Of a stretch of DNA of 64,000 nucleotides, positions 37,357 to 46,688 are shown one piece after another. The stretch lies in the IMG/VR virus record IMGVR_UViG_3300043449_000692, positions 1 to 64,000 of that record; one strand, written 5' to 3'. The notes beneath the pieces are model-generated. The model was not told where the DNA came from and searched no databases. It saw only the letters and a list, made by a program, of their open reading frames with translations. Positions within the stretch are counted from its first letter, which is position 1. Each line of letters begins with the position of its first letter. The position numbers were made by a program, and so were the translations under genes. The stretch is from a virus.

Positions 37357-40300
37357 TTAGGCGAATGTTCCGCCGTCTACTGTGGTGAGATTTTGCGAAA
37401 TCACATTCACCTGATCGTAAAAGTCCACGGCTATTGGTGAGGAACCGTCCACTTGCACCATCAGGGGAGCCAATAGTCCTTGCCCCAAAACCCCACTGTA
37501 TTTGGGATACGAGACAAGTGGAGTGAATTGATTGAACATATTGGTGATGTTCATCAGGTACATTTCACCTGAACCACCAGTATTTTTTCTCTGAACAAGC
37601 AGGAAGTCTACACCAGCAGGATTGTCTGATCCTCCCACCGAGTATGCTTTGATGTCTAGGCTTTGACCGCCGTGTTGGAAATCAATTGCAAAAGAAATGC
37701 CGCTGCCAGACACAGCGTATGTAACTCCAGCACCTGTTCTGAATGTAACCGCACCAGTGAGTCCATTCGCGGACGAGACACCCTGAACTGCACCCGTCCG
37801 TCCGTTGAAGGAAGTGACTGCTCCTGACAGTATTTCGTTCGTGGCATTCGTGGAAGTTATGATCTTCTGCGAATTGTCTGCACTGTCGAACAGTAGCAAA
37901 CTTCTGCTAGTAATGGAGGTGACTGTTGCTGGAAGCGATCCTGACTCATAGGGTGTGCTGAGTAGTGTTCCGATTTTGGTGACTCGTAGAGTCCCATCAT
38001 TCTTTTCATATAAAATATTGTCGCCGCTGCTTGGTGCCGCAGCCGCTATGTTTTCTGCACCCTTAACAAAGTCTATCCTGAAGGTATATGTGTTTCCCAC
38101 CAAAGCAAAAGAAATACCCTGTCCAGCAGACAATCCAAAAGCACCTGTCTTGCCTTGGAAGGACGAAACACCTTGAACCGCACCCGTCTGTCCGTTGTAG
38201 GAAGTGACGGAAAGGTGTGAAGCAGGACTATTTGACCACTGCTGCGTGGCAGAGTCATAGATGATCAGATCATTGTCTTGAATGTTGCTGATCGTGACAT
38301 CGGTGAGATCGTCCAGATTGATTGCCACCGACCCACCGCCGCTTGTGGTGGAGCGGAAGGTTCCTGATTGCAGTATGAGTGCATCTGCGGTGTTCTGTAG
38401 ACTGTTTGCGCCTGCCTTGACGATGAGATACCCAAGGAATATGGCATTCGTACGGGTGTTCTCAATCTCAGAGAACTCCTCAATGTTCAGGTTTGCGGCG
38501 GCTTCGGCAATACTCACATAGGTGGCACGACCATAGTACACACCGAGTATGTCTGGTGTCTTTGGGTAGAAGAATATCCTCTGAATGGTGTACTTGCCGT
38601 TGGGAGCGGTTGACAGCGTTCCAGTGCCATCGTCCCATCCCGTGGGATTGATCTCGGTTTTTGTAATATCTGTTACGAATCCGCCGCTGCCGTTCCTATA
38701 GTAGTAGTAGAACGAGCAGTCCGTTTTTGCGCCATCGCTCAACACGCTCGGGTTGTTTGGATCGTATGCGTAGTTGCGACCCAATACAAACGCGGTTCCC
38801 GATGCGCGATTCAGTTTCAGATTCGCGCCGTTAGCCGAAATGGTGTGTCCCGAAATCTTGATCGGACCGAATGTGCGGATGAACTGCTCGTACTGCTTGT
38901 CTGTGGCATACGCAACATTGGGAATACTACGAGCCAGCGAGATCACGGTGTTGGTGGGATGGATCAGCGCACCAATGGTAATGTTGTTCTCAATCTGATC
39001 GTCTGTGTAGAATGTGGGCTGTTGGTGCAGCACACCGTTGCTGTCGTAGTACAGCCATGTGGTGGGGTGTGTAGCCAAGTAGTCAAGAGTGACCCCTGTC
39101 TGTGCGCCCCAATTCACGAAGGTAAGAGTTGGCTGTGGATCGTGTGTGTATCCTGCACCCGCGTAGTGGATCTGTCCGCGCCCTGCGCTGATATTAAACT
39201 TTGCAGCACACACACCGTTGATGTCTAGTGTTCCGCCGTGCAGTAGACCTGTTGCAAGATTGGATGCGTAAATCTCTGCGCTTACGCCGTACACGGTGGG
39301 TGAACTGATGGCGAGCGTCTTGCCGCTCTGCGTGATGACAACATCTGCCCCTGCGCTCAAGCCCACAGGACCAGTGATGCCGTTCAGCGAGTAAACATAG
39401 TCACCAGACACACCACTGCCACCAGTGCTGCTGATGTTCACTGTGACCTTGCCGCCCACCTTCGTGGCGGTCACTCCTGCGCCAGTGAAATCAAGTGTGC
39501 GAACATCAGGCGTGATCTTGGAGCCGTTGATATACACAGCCACCTTGCCGCCGCCGCCAGTGGATGCAAGCCACCCCATGTCTTGAGCGGACACCTTTCC
39601 GCCACCCATGATCTTCTTCAGGATCTTGTCCAACCGCTCTTCGTCAATGGCGATGGACTTCTCCTGCGGATCGTAGACAAGCGGGAACTTGGCGGTTACA
39701 ACTCCAGTCTCGCCAGCATCTCCCTTGTCGCCTTTCTCACCCTTTGCACCCTTTGCGCCAGCCTTGCCCGCCTTGCCTTCAGCACCGCGCTCACCCTTCT
39801 CGCCCCGTTCGCCACGCGGACCAGCAGCACCATCACGACCGTCAGCACCCGCAGCACCATCAGCACCGCGCTCACCACGCGGTCCTTGCGGACCGACTGC
39901 TCCTGCTTCGCCCTGTTCACCTTTCTCGCCGCGCTGTCCCCGTTCTCCCTGTTCACCTCGTTCTCCGCGTTCTCCTTGCGGACCTTGTAGACCGCGTTCG
40001 CCCTGTTCCCCACGATTACCCTGCGGACCAGGTTCGCCACGCTCCCCTTGCGGTCCACGCTCACCCGCATCGCCCTTTTCGCCCCGTTCTCCCTGTTCAC
40101 CGCGTTCACCCCTTTCGCCCTGCGGTCCCTGCGGTCCGACATCGCCCTTGTCGCCCTGAACGCCTGTGTAGCCACGCGGACCCCGTTCACCGCGCTCTCC
40201 ACCAGTGGAGCGAACAGAGGCAATCTCGTTCAGAACGCCAGCAAGACCTTCACGGAAAGTCTTGAACTGCTCGGCTGTGACATGGCGGGGTGGAGCGTCT

Positions 40301-40623
40301 TCGGCTCCAATCTCCTCAACCACTTCTCGCTGCGGTTGATCAACCAACTCAAAAATAGAGTCAATCTGCGTGTCTCCTGCCTCAATCCGCAGGGGCTTGC
40401 CACGGGGATCTATAAAGTAGTTTTCTCCCACCCCACCAAGAATCAGTGTGTTGGGATCGTGGCAGTCTTCACCCTCTACGAGCATGAACTGATCGCCCAC
40501 AGAGTACGCGGAACCACGGATTTCGCGCACTAAACGAAACACGGAACCGTACTCAAACTGACCACTGGAAACAGCAGCAGTTCGGCGTGGCTCTGTGGGC
40601 TTGGAGTTCGTAGGGTCGTTCAT
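37357..40623 (-). CDS. Collagen-like fibre protein
   Basis: Long (Gly-X-Y)n tract plus SFNG.TGAV repeats; C-terminal DGGTF. Confidence 0.88.
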   Translation of the reverse strand: MNDPTNSKPTEPRRTAAVSSGQFEYGSVFRLVREIRGSAYSVGDQFMLVEGEDCHDPNTLILGGVGENYFIDPRGKPLRIEAGDTQIDSIFELVDQPQREVVEEIGAEDAPPRHVTAEQFKTFREGLAGVLNEIASVRSTGGERGERGPRGYTGVQGDKGDVGPQGPQGERGERGEQGERGEKGDAGERGPQGERGEPGPQGNRGEQGERGLQGPQGERGERGEQGERGQRGEKGEQGEAGAVGPQGPRGERGADGAAGADGRDGAAGPRGERGEKGERGAEGKAGKAGAKGAKGEKGDKGDAGETGVVTAKFPLVYDPQEKSIAIDEERLDKILKKIMGGGKVSAQDMGWLASTGGGGKVAVYINGSKITPDVRTLDFTGAGVTATKVGGKVTVNISSTGGSGVSGDYVYSLNGITGPVGLSAGADVVITQSGKTLAISSPTVYGVSAEIYASNLATGLLHGGTLDINGVCAAKFNISAGRGQIHYAGAGYTHDPQPTLTFVNWGAQTGVTLDYLATHPTTWLYYDSNGVLHQQPTFYTDDQIENNITIGALIHPTNTVISLARSIPNVAYATDKQYEQFIRTFGPIKISGHTISANGANLKLNRASGTAFVLGRNYAYDPNNPSVLSDGAKTDCSFYYYYRNGSGGFVTDITKTEINPTGWDDGTGTLSTAPNGKYTIQRIFFYPKTPDILGVYYGRATYVSIAEAAANLNIEEFSEIENTRTNAIFLGYLIVKAGANSLQNTADALILQSGTFRSTTSGGGSVAINLDDLTDVTISNIQDNDLIIYDSATQQWSNSPASHLSVTSYNGQTGAVQGVSSFQGKTGAFGLSAGQGISFALVGNTYTFRIDFVKGAENIAAAAPSSGDNILYEKNDGTLRVTKIGTLLSTPYESGSLPATVTSITSRSLLLFDSADNSQKIITSTNATNEILSGAVTSFNGRTGAVQGVSSANGLTGAVTFRTGAGVTYAVSGSGISFAIDFQHGGQSLDIKAYSVGGSDNPAGVDFLLVQRKNTGGSGEMYLMNITNMFNQFTPLVSYPKYSGVLGQGLLAPLMVQVDGSSPIAVDFYDQVNVISQNLTTVDGGTFA
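39710..40200 (-). repeat. Collagen Gly-X-Y coding repeat
   Basis: [10 protein letters not shown]...[13 protein letters not shown]. Confidence 0.9.
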
Positions 40624-40631
40624 CCCTGTAT

Positions 40632-41351
40632 TTAGGTGGGCTGGCTGTGCGTCAAAGCCGCCCATGAGTGTGGAAACAGTGGCTGAATGATTGCACCGAA
40701 TGCCGCTGCATACTGCTGGCATTCCCATTGTGCATGGGGATCGCTGCGCTGTGCGTACACACGCGCAAACGCTGCCAGAGAACCTGTCCACCACCATTCG
40801 GTGTAGGTTCCCTGTGGCAGCACTGATCGCGCCTGTTCGGGAGCCACGCCCAACTTCAGGAGTTGTTCATAGGAGAACAGTGCTTCCCGCACACACATTT
40901 CGTAGTGGCGGCTCACGGTGTTGTACGCATCATCTATGGGCATGAAGTCTTCCGACCCCTGCTTCGCGCCGTTCGTGGGCTTGCCGCGCCAATGTGGAAA
41001 ATACACGGTTGGCGGATCACTCACATAGCGGCGGGACACTTCGTTCTCGGTAAATCCAACCTTGTGCTTGAAAAGTTGGGTGCGAATGAAGATCGGAGCC
41101 TTGATCCGCAGGGTGATCTGTGGATGCGCGAACGGAGTCCAGTGCTTGTGCTTGGCAAGATACCCGATGAGTTTCTTGTCCTTGTCGGAGAGTGTGCGCG
41201 GATGGTAGCCTCGCCAATCAGGTTCGGATTCCCAATCGCTCTCCTTATTGAATGAAACACGCGCAGAGTTTACCACAGTCAGGTCATTGCCCATGTGGTC
41301 AACATACTGCACGAATCCGTTGTCCAACACCTTTATGTTCTCGTTTTTCAT
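40632..41351 (-). CDS. thyX: Flavin-dependent thymidylate synthase
   Basis: VNSARVSF, HWTPF, QLFKH, NEVSRRYV, PEQARSVLP. Confidence 0.95.
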   Translation of the reverse strand: MKNENIKVLDNGFVQYVDHMGNDLTVVNSARVSFNKESDWESEPDWRGYHPRTLSDKDKKLIGYLAKHKHWTPFAHPQITLRIKAPIFIRTQLFKHKVGFTENEVSRRYVSDPPTVYFPHWRGKPTNGAKQGSEDFMPIDDAYNTVSRHYEMCVREALFSYEQLLKLGVAPEQARSVLPQGTYTEWWWTGSLAAFARVYAQRSDPHAQWECQQYAAAFGAIIQPLFPHSWAALTHSQPT

Positions 41352-42340
41352 CGCACTCTCCATTGTGAAAACCTCGCCAGTGCAGTCAGACCGCTGCACG
41401 AACACTCGTCAATGATGGCTTGAACCTCTTCGGGAGATCGTCCCGCAAGCACCATGTCGTTGATGTCCTTCTCTCCGATGCTGCTGTTCCACACACAGAC
41501 GGTATAGCCGCTGCGGATCGCGTCTTCCATCTTGTGTACAATCTCGGGATTGCGTGGTTCGTTGTCATATACAACAACGCAATCGCGGAAAAGTTTAGTG
41601 GCGTGAGCGAGTTCGCTCCCAGCAAGAGCAATAGAGTTACGCAGAAATACAGAGTCAATCGGACCTTCAACGGCGTACACCTTCTTTGAATAATCCAACC
41701 GATCTTCGCCGTAGACCGCTCGTCCGTCCTTGGTGAACTTCACGGTAATGTATCGGATTGAATTTTTGGAACCGCTCAAGCAGCGTCCTTGCGCCGCGAG
41801 GAGTTCCCCTGCTTTGTTCACGAATGGTATGACGATACGCTCGTCATTCGGAACGGTAGTGTATGTAGAGTCGATGGAGCGCACCCAATCACCAAACGCT
41901 TTTGAAAAATAGAACCGATCAAGGTGGGGAACCTTGCGGTTTTCCAAATATTGCCGTGCAGGGTTTGTTTCAGGCAGGGTGGACACGGGAGGAAGCCGTA
42001 TCTGTGCCTTTGGAAGGGCTACAGCAGCCTCCACAGGCTTCACATAGTTGCTCTTACCGTTCTCCCCGTTTCGCCACCGTTCAAGCGCGTATTCCTGTGC
42101 CAGAGCAGGAGCCACGGTTTCCAAAAATCGGTACACCGAATGTCCTGCACCGCAGTTGTGACATTTGAAAAAATAGTCGTTCTTCTTGGGGAAGAAGAAG
42201 CCACGCGCCTTGCTCTTGCTCCGCTGTGAGTCACCACAGAGAGGACAACGGCAATTTGCAAGTGCTTGGGTCTTCCACTTGAATCGCTCAAGTTGGGGAG
42301 ACACCATGTTAATGTATTTCTTGTCGATATAGGTGGACAT
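41348..42340 (-). CDS. DNA primase (T4 gp61-like)
   Basis: CPLCGDS...CHNC zinc finger, EGPIDS, DNEPRN, KDINDM. Confidence 0.93.
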   Translation of the reverse strand: MSTYIDKKYINMVSPQLERFKWKTQALANCRCPLCGDSQRSKSKARGFFFPKKNDYFFKCHNCGAGHSVYRFLETVAPALAQEYALERWRNGENGKSNYVKPVEAAVALPKAQIRLPPVSTLPETNPARQYLENRKVPHLDRFYFSKAFGDWVRSIDSTYTTVPNDERIVIPFVNKAGELLAAQGRCLSGSKNSIRYITVKFTKDGRAVYGEDRLDYSKKVYAVEGPIDSVFLRNSIALAGSELAHATKLFRDCVVVYDNEPRNPEIVHKMEDAIRSGYTVCVWNSSIGEKDINDMVLAGRSPEEVQAIIDECSCSGLTALARFSQWRVR

Positions 42341-43335
42341 TACGGCTTGGATTGCTCTCGCTTGAAGTCAGAATCGTACATCATCTTTGCAAGGGAGATC
42401 ATATCGTGCTTCGGCTCCCACTGCAAGACCCGCTTGGCTTTTTCAGGATTACCAAGCAGATACGGAACTTCGTTAGGGCGGAACAGACGGGGATCAATCT
42501 CCACATACTTGCGATAGTCACCAAGTCCCGCGTGGTCAAATACTACTTCCAAAAACTCACGAACCGAGTGGGTGCGGTTTGTTGCCACCACATAATCATC
42601 ACCATGCGGTTGCTGAAGCATGAGCCACATGGCTTCCACATAATCACCAGCAAAACCCCAATCTCGCTTCGCGTCAATATTGCCCAGAAGAAGTTTTGAC
42701 TGCTTTCCCTGTGCGATTCGTGCAGCAGCCATAGTGATCTTACGGGTCACGAATGTCTCGCCACGGCGTGGGCTTTCGTGGTTGAACAGGATTCCCGAAC
42801 TTGCGTGAATCTTGTATGCCTCACGATACACGCGAGTCATGTGGTGAGCGTGGAGTTTAGCCACGGCGTAGGGCGAAACAGGCATCATGCGGCTGCTTTC
42901 AGTGTATCCTGTGTCTCCGTGGTCTGTTGAGTCACCAAACATCTCTGATGATGACGCTTGATAGAATCGTGTCTGTGGACTGACAGAACGAATTGCTTCA
43001 AGAATCTTCAGAGTTCCTCCAGCAATTCCGTCACTTGTATATTCAGGCACATCAAACGAAACAGCCACATGGGACTGCGCGGCAAGATTATACACTTCGT
43101 CTGGCTTGTACTTCGCCAACAGATTGGTCATGGCTCCACCATCAGAGAGATCGTAGTAGCACATCTTGAATTGGGTGCAATCAATCGGGTGGTTGTAGAT
43201 GTGATCGACTCGCTCAGTATTGATAAGCGAGGTGCGCCGCTTCAAGCCAATGACATAGTACCCCTTTGAGATCAGGAGATCCGCGAGGTAAGATCCGTCT
43301 TGTCCGTTTACGCCAGTAATGATTGCTGTTTTCAT
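42340..43335 (-). CDS. gmd: GDP-mannose 4,6-dehydratase
   Basis: ITGVNGQDGSYLA, NLAAQSHV, QASSSEMFG, YAVAK, NHESPRRGETFVTRKI. Confidence 0.95.
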   Translation of the reverse strand: MKTAIITGVNGQDGSYLADLLISKGYYVIGLKRRTSLINTERVDHIYNHPIDCTQFKMCYYDLSDGGAMTNLLAKYKPDEVYNLAAQSHVAVSFDVPEYTSDGIAGGTLKILEAIRSVSPQTRFYQASSSEMFGDSTDHGDTGYTESSRMMPVSPYAVAKLHAHHMTRVYREAYKIHASSGILFNHESPRRGETFVTRKITMAAARIAQGKQSKLLLGNIDAKRDWGFAGDYVEAMWLMLQQPHGDDYVVATNRTHSVREFLEVVFDHAGLGDYRKYVEIDPRLFRPNEVPYLLGNPEKAKRVLQWEPKHDMISLAKMMYDSDFKREQSKP

Positions 43336-44750
43336 TAGATGTTCCAATCGCTAGTGTCACGCTTCTTGCCGAACTTCGCCGTGAAGTCCTTGGCACCGTA
43401 TCCTGATCCGTATCCGTCCTCTTCACCCTTTTGGATGTTCGCATCCATGAGGTCTTCCGAAACGCTGCTGTCAATATCATAGAACTTCATCTTGGCGTAG
43501 TTCAAGCCCACGATGAACTTCTTGTTTGCAGCCTTGCCGTTGTAGCGGTTCTTCAACTGCTTCACCATGATCTGTCCTGCCTTCTCCAACTCATCGGTGG
43601 TGATGAGGGCAATCATCAGGTCTGCGGTGTGGGGCAAGCCGAATGATTCTGAAGTATCCGTGAGGTCAACATCGGTGGACGAGAACCCTGCGCGGTTCAC
43701 CTGTGTGGCACTCACGATGGGAACATCCCGCTCCATTGCCAGACCACGCAACTCCTCGGCAATAGCCTTGATATAGCCATACGAGTTGATGTTGTTGCCG
43801 TGCTTGAATCGTGCAGACGAGCAGATGTTGATGTAGTCCACGAAAATGATGTCGGGGATGAACTGCTTCTTCAGGCGCAACTCGTCCAACAGGATGCGGA
43901 AGTGGTTCACATTCGCAAAAGAGGTGGGGTATTCCTTCACGATGAGTTTACCGCTCACGCCACGGGTCGCACCCTTCAGTCGTTTCTCGTACATCTCAAG
44001 GGGCAAGTCCTGAAGTTCATCCATCGTGATGTCCATGATGTTTGCGTCAATGCGTTCTGCGATGCGCTCTTCAGCCATTTCAAGAGTGATGTACAGGACA
44101 TTTCGGTTCTGCATGAGACACGCAGCCGCATGGTGGCACATGAACAGCGACTTGCCAACGCCTGTTCCTGCCATAATGATGTTCAGGGTCTTCGGAGAGA
44201 TACCGCCCTTGGTGATGGTGTTGAACATCTCCAAGTCAAACGGAACCTTCCGCTCTACCCTGTGGTAGAACTCATGGCGAGACTCGTAGTCCTCAAGGAA
44301 ATCGTGTCCCACATTCGTGTCAAACGAAACCGCGAGAGCCTTCGACAGAATCTCGGGGAGAGCATGGGGAGTCCGCGCCTTGTCCTTGCCGTCTATGATC
44401 TGAATGGATTCAAGAATGGCATTGTAGATGGCTTTGTCCTTGCAGAACTTCTCGGTGGTGTCACTCAACCACTGCGTGTCCTGCTTCGGGGACTTCCCCA
44501 TGTCTCCTACGAGGCTCTTGCACTTGGAGAACTCGTCCTCCGTCAATCCCTTGTTGTCTTCAAGTGCAATAAGCAGGGCATCTTTTGTGGGAATGCCCTT
44601 GTACTGATTCACGAATTCCTTGATGGATCGGAACACAGCCCGATCCACGCGATCAAGGAAGTACTCCTCCTGCAAGAATGGAATGGTCTTCTTGCAGAAT
44701 TCGCTGTCGTTAAGCAGCCCTGCCAGTATTGTCTTCTCGGTTTGGCTCAT
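43335..44750 (-). CDS. Replicative DNA helicase (T4 gp41-like)
   Basis: AGTGVGKS, TLEMAEE, IFVDYIN, SATQ, SESFGLP. Confidence 0.95.
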   Translation of the reverse strand: MSQTEKTILAGLLNDSEFCKKTIPFLQEEYFLDRVDRAVFRSIKEFVNQYKGIPTKDALLIALEDNKGLTEDEFSKCKSLVGDMGKSPKQDTQWLSDTTEKFCKDKAIYNAILESIQIIDGKDKARTPHALPEILSKALAVSFDTNVGHDFLEDYESRHEFYHRVERKVPFDLEMFNTITKGGISPKTLNIIMAGTGVGKSLFMCHHAAACLMQNRNVLYITLEMAEERIAERIDANIMDITMDELQDLPLEMYEKRLKGATRGVSGKLIVKEYPTSFANVNHFRILLDELRLKKQFIPDIIFVDYINICSSARFKHGNNINSYGYIKAIAEELRGLAMERDVPIVSATQVNRAGFSSTDVDLTDTSESFGLPHTADLMIALITTDELEKAGQIMVKQLKNRYNGKAANKKFIVGLNYAKMKFYDIDSSVSEDLMDANIQKGEEDGYGSGYGAKDFTAKFGKKRDTSDWNI

Positions 44751-45111
44751 TTAGTCCAAGTTCCTCATCAAGTCTAGCCAGACGATCCATTGCTTCCTGA
44801 CGCTCTTTGTACTCGGGGGTTTCCCGCAACTTCTCAAAATACTCTAATGCGTCATCTGTAGTAGGGGTATCGTACATTGCTTCGGATCGGTCGTCAATCT
44901 CTTTCTGCAACTTCTTGCCGTCTTCTGAAGCCTTCCATGCTTCAATCGCGGGATTGTCGCATGAGCAGACAAGAGCCTCATGGGAGTTTGGTCCTACGAG
45001 CATACCGTCCCACTCGTAGCAGAAATGCCATCCTGCTGCAATCTCTTCAGGAGTCAGTTTCTCTTCCCAATTGTCCATCAAGGAGTTGTACCGCTCCTTA
45101 CTCATCTCCAT
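44710..45111 (-). CDS. Hypothetical protein
   Basis: GAGGAG SD; GWHFCYEWDG. Confidence 0.65.
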   Translation of the reverse strand: MEMSKERYNSLMDNWEEKLTPEEIAAGWHFCYEWDGMLVGPNSHEALVCSCDNPAIEAWKASEDGKKLQKEIDDRSEAMYDTPTTDDALEYFEKLRETPEYKERQEAMDRLARLDEELGLNEPNREDNTGRAA

Positions 45112-46147
45112 CTGCGGACTCCTCTGCTGGCTTCTCGTCTGATCCGTAGCAGAACTCCTTCTTCGCTGCGGCATCAATGGCTGCAAGAATCTCGTCCGTG
45201 TAGTACTTCTCGGGATTCTTGTTGATCTGCGACTCGAAAGCCGTCTTGCCGTTGGGCAGTTCAATCTTCGTGGACACCTTCTTGAAGATACCGTACTTGA
45301 TGGCGACATCAAGCAGACCATAGTACTTGTTCAAGCCTGTCTCAAAGTTCAACTGCACATCCACCATCTTGTCCTGCTTCGTCAGGCGGCTCTTGTACGC
45401 CTTGCAGTGGATGATGTTGCCCACCACCTCGTTGTCCACCTTGTCCTTCTTCTTGGACAGGTAGATGATCGTGGACGCGGCGTACTTCAGACCGCTGCCG
45501 CCGCCCATCTCCTTCGTGGGAACATACGCACCCACCACATCGTAGGTGTGGTTCGTCATCAGCAGGGGAATCCGTGCATGACCCAACTTGATGGTCAGAA
45601 CGCGGAACGCTGCCTTCGTGACCTGTGCGCGAGTCATGTCGCGGGTGTTCTTGCCCTCTGCGGTGTCGTTCATCTCCTTCTCAGTGGACAACATTCCAAG
45701 CGAGTCAAGCACGATCATCATGCGGGGACGGGTGTCCTTGTCTGCCTCAAGGTACTTGTCCACCGACAGCACACACTGGTGGCGGAACTCCTCCACCGTA
45801 GCCACAGGCAGCACAGCCACGCGGTCGGTGTCAATACCACGGGACTTGAGCAGATCCGAAGTGATCGCTTGCTCCGTGTCAAAGTACATGACCATCGCGT
45901 TGGGATCGGAGTTCAGGAACTCACGCACCACATTGAGAGCAAAGTAGGTCTTGCCCGTGGCTTGCTCTCCTGCAAGAGCCACGATCTTGTTGTCAGGGAT
46001 ACCACCGTGAATCGAACCGCTCAACAGTGCGTTGAATGCATACGATCCCGTGGAGATGAATCCCTTTACATCGCTGCCCTCCAAGCCGTCAGAGGCTACG
46101 GTGGCGTACTTGTTTCCTGCTGCCTTCAGAATGTCCTTCAGTTTCAT
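45098..46147 (-). CDS. uvsX: UvsX/RecA-like recombinase
   Basis: GEQATGKT, VLDSLG, MGGGSGLKYAAS. Confidence 0.93.
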   Translation of the reverse strand: MKLKDILKAAGNKYATVASDGLEGSDVKGFISTGSYAFNALLSGSIHGGIPDNKIVALAGEQATGKTYFALNVVREFLNSDPNAMVMYFDTEQAITSDLLKSRGIDTDRVAVLPVATVEEFRHQCVLSVDKYLEADKDTRPRMMIVLDSLGMLSTEKEMNDTAEGKNTRDMTRAQVTKAAFRVLTIKLGHARIPLLMTNHTYDVVGAYVPTKEMGGGSGLKYAASTIIYLSKKKDKVDNEVVGNIIHCKAYKSRLTKQDKMVDVQLNFETGLNKYYGLLDVAIKYGIFKKVSTKIELPNGKTAFESQINKNPEKYYTDEILAAIDAAAKKEFCYGSDEKPAEESADGDE

Positions 46148-46317
46148 AATCTCTCCAATGCTTTGGTCTGCGTGTCAATGAGAACCATCTCGTTCTCGTT
46201 AGCCCGTATTGTATCCAAGGGCGTGAGTTTGTCAACGATCATCTTCTGCGTTTCACGGCGCAGCAGGTCTTTTCGCGCTGCGAGAAGACCTTTCAAGTAT
46301 TCAACATCTACTTGCAT
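46144..46317 (-). CDS. Small hypothetical protein (57 aa)
   Basis: MQVDVEYLKGLL...; TAATG and ATGA coupled to both neighbours; missed by ORF track. Confidence 0.65.
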   Translation of the reverse strand: MQVDVEYLKGLLAARKDLLRRETQKMIVDKLTPLDTIRANENEMVLIDTQTKALERL

Positions 46318-46646
46318 TATTGGGTTACGAGTTTGAGTCCTGCTGCGGTCGGAGCAACACTCGGAACCACGATGCCGTTGAAAGCACCATTGAATTCATT
46401 TGCAAGATCGGTTGCAGGCTCGGCGGTGAACATCACATAAGACGCAGGAACAGTCATCTTCTGCTCCTTCACCGATGCCATCCACGGCACGACAGCAATA
46501 TTTGCACCGCCGCCCTTCGTGGGCATGGGAACAACCATGCACGGATTCTTGAGAGTGTACGACACAATCTTGTCACCTTCGAAATTTTCGGTGACCATTG
46601 CAATGAGTTCTTCGCCAGTCTGAACCTTCACGATCTTTGTAGCCAT
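46317..46646 (-). CDS. Conserved T4-like small protein (Sm-like fold)
   Basis: KIVKVQTGEELIA...LKNP...PW. Confidence 0.75.
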   Translation of the reverse strand: MATKIVKVQTGEELIAMVTENFEGDKIVSYTLKNPCMVVPMPTKGGGANIAVVPWMASVKEQKMTVPASYVMFTAEPATDLANEFNGAFNGIVVPSVAPTAAGLKLVTQ

Positions 46647-46688
46647 GATGAATCCTTTTGTTAGGGGTTACTGTATGTAGTGAGGCGG

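Noticed and set aside
39583-40533. Several alternative-frame ORFs over the collagen tract
   Set aside because: By-products of the periodic Gly-X-Y coding repeat
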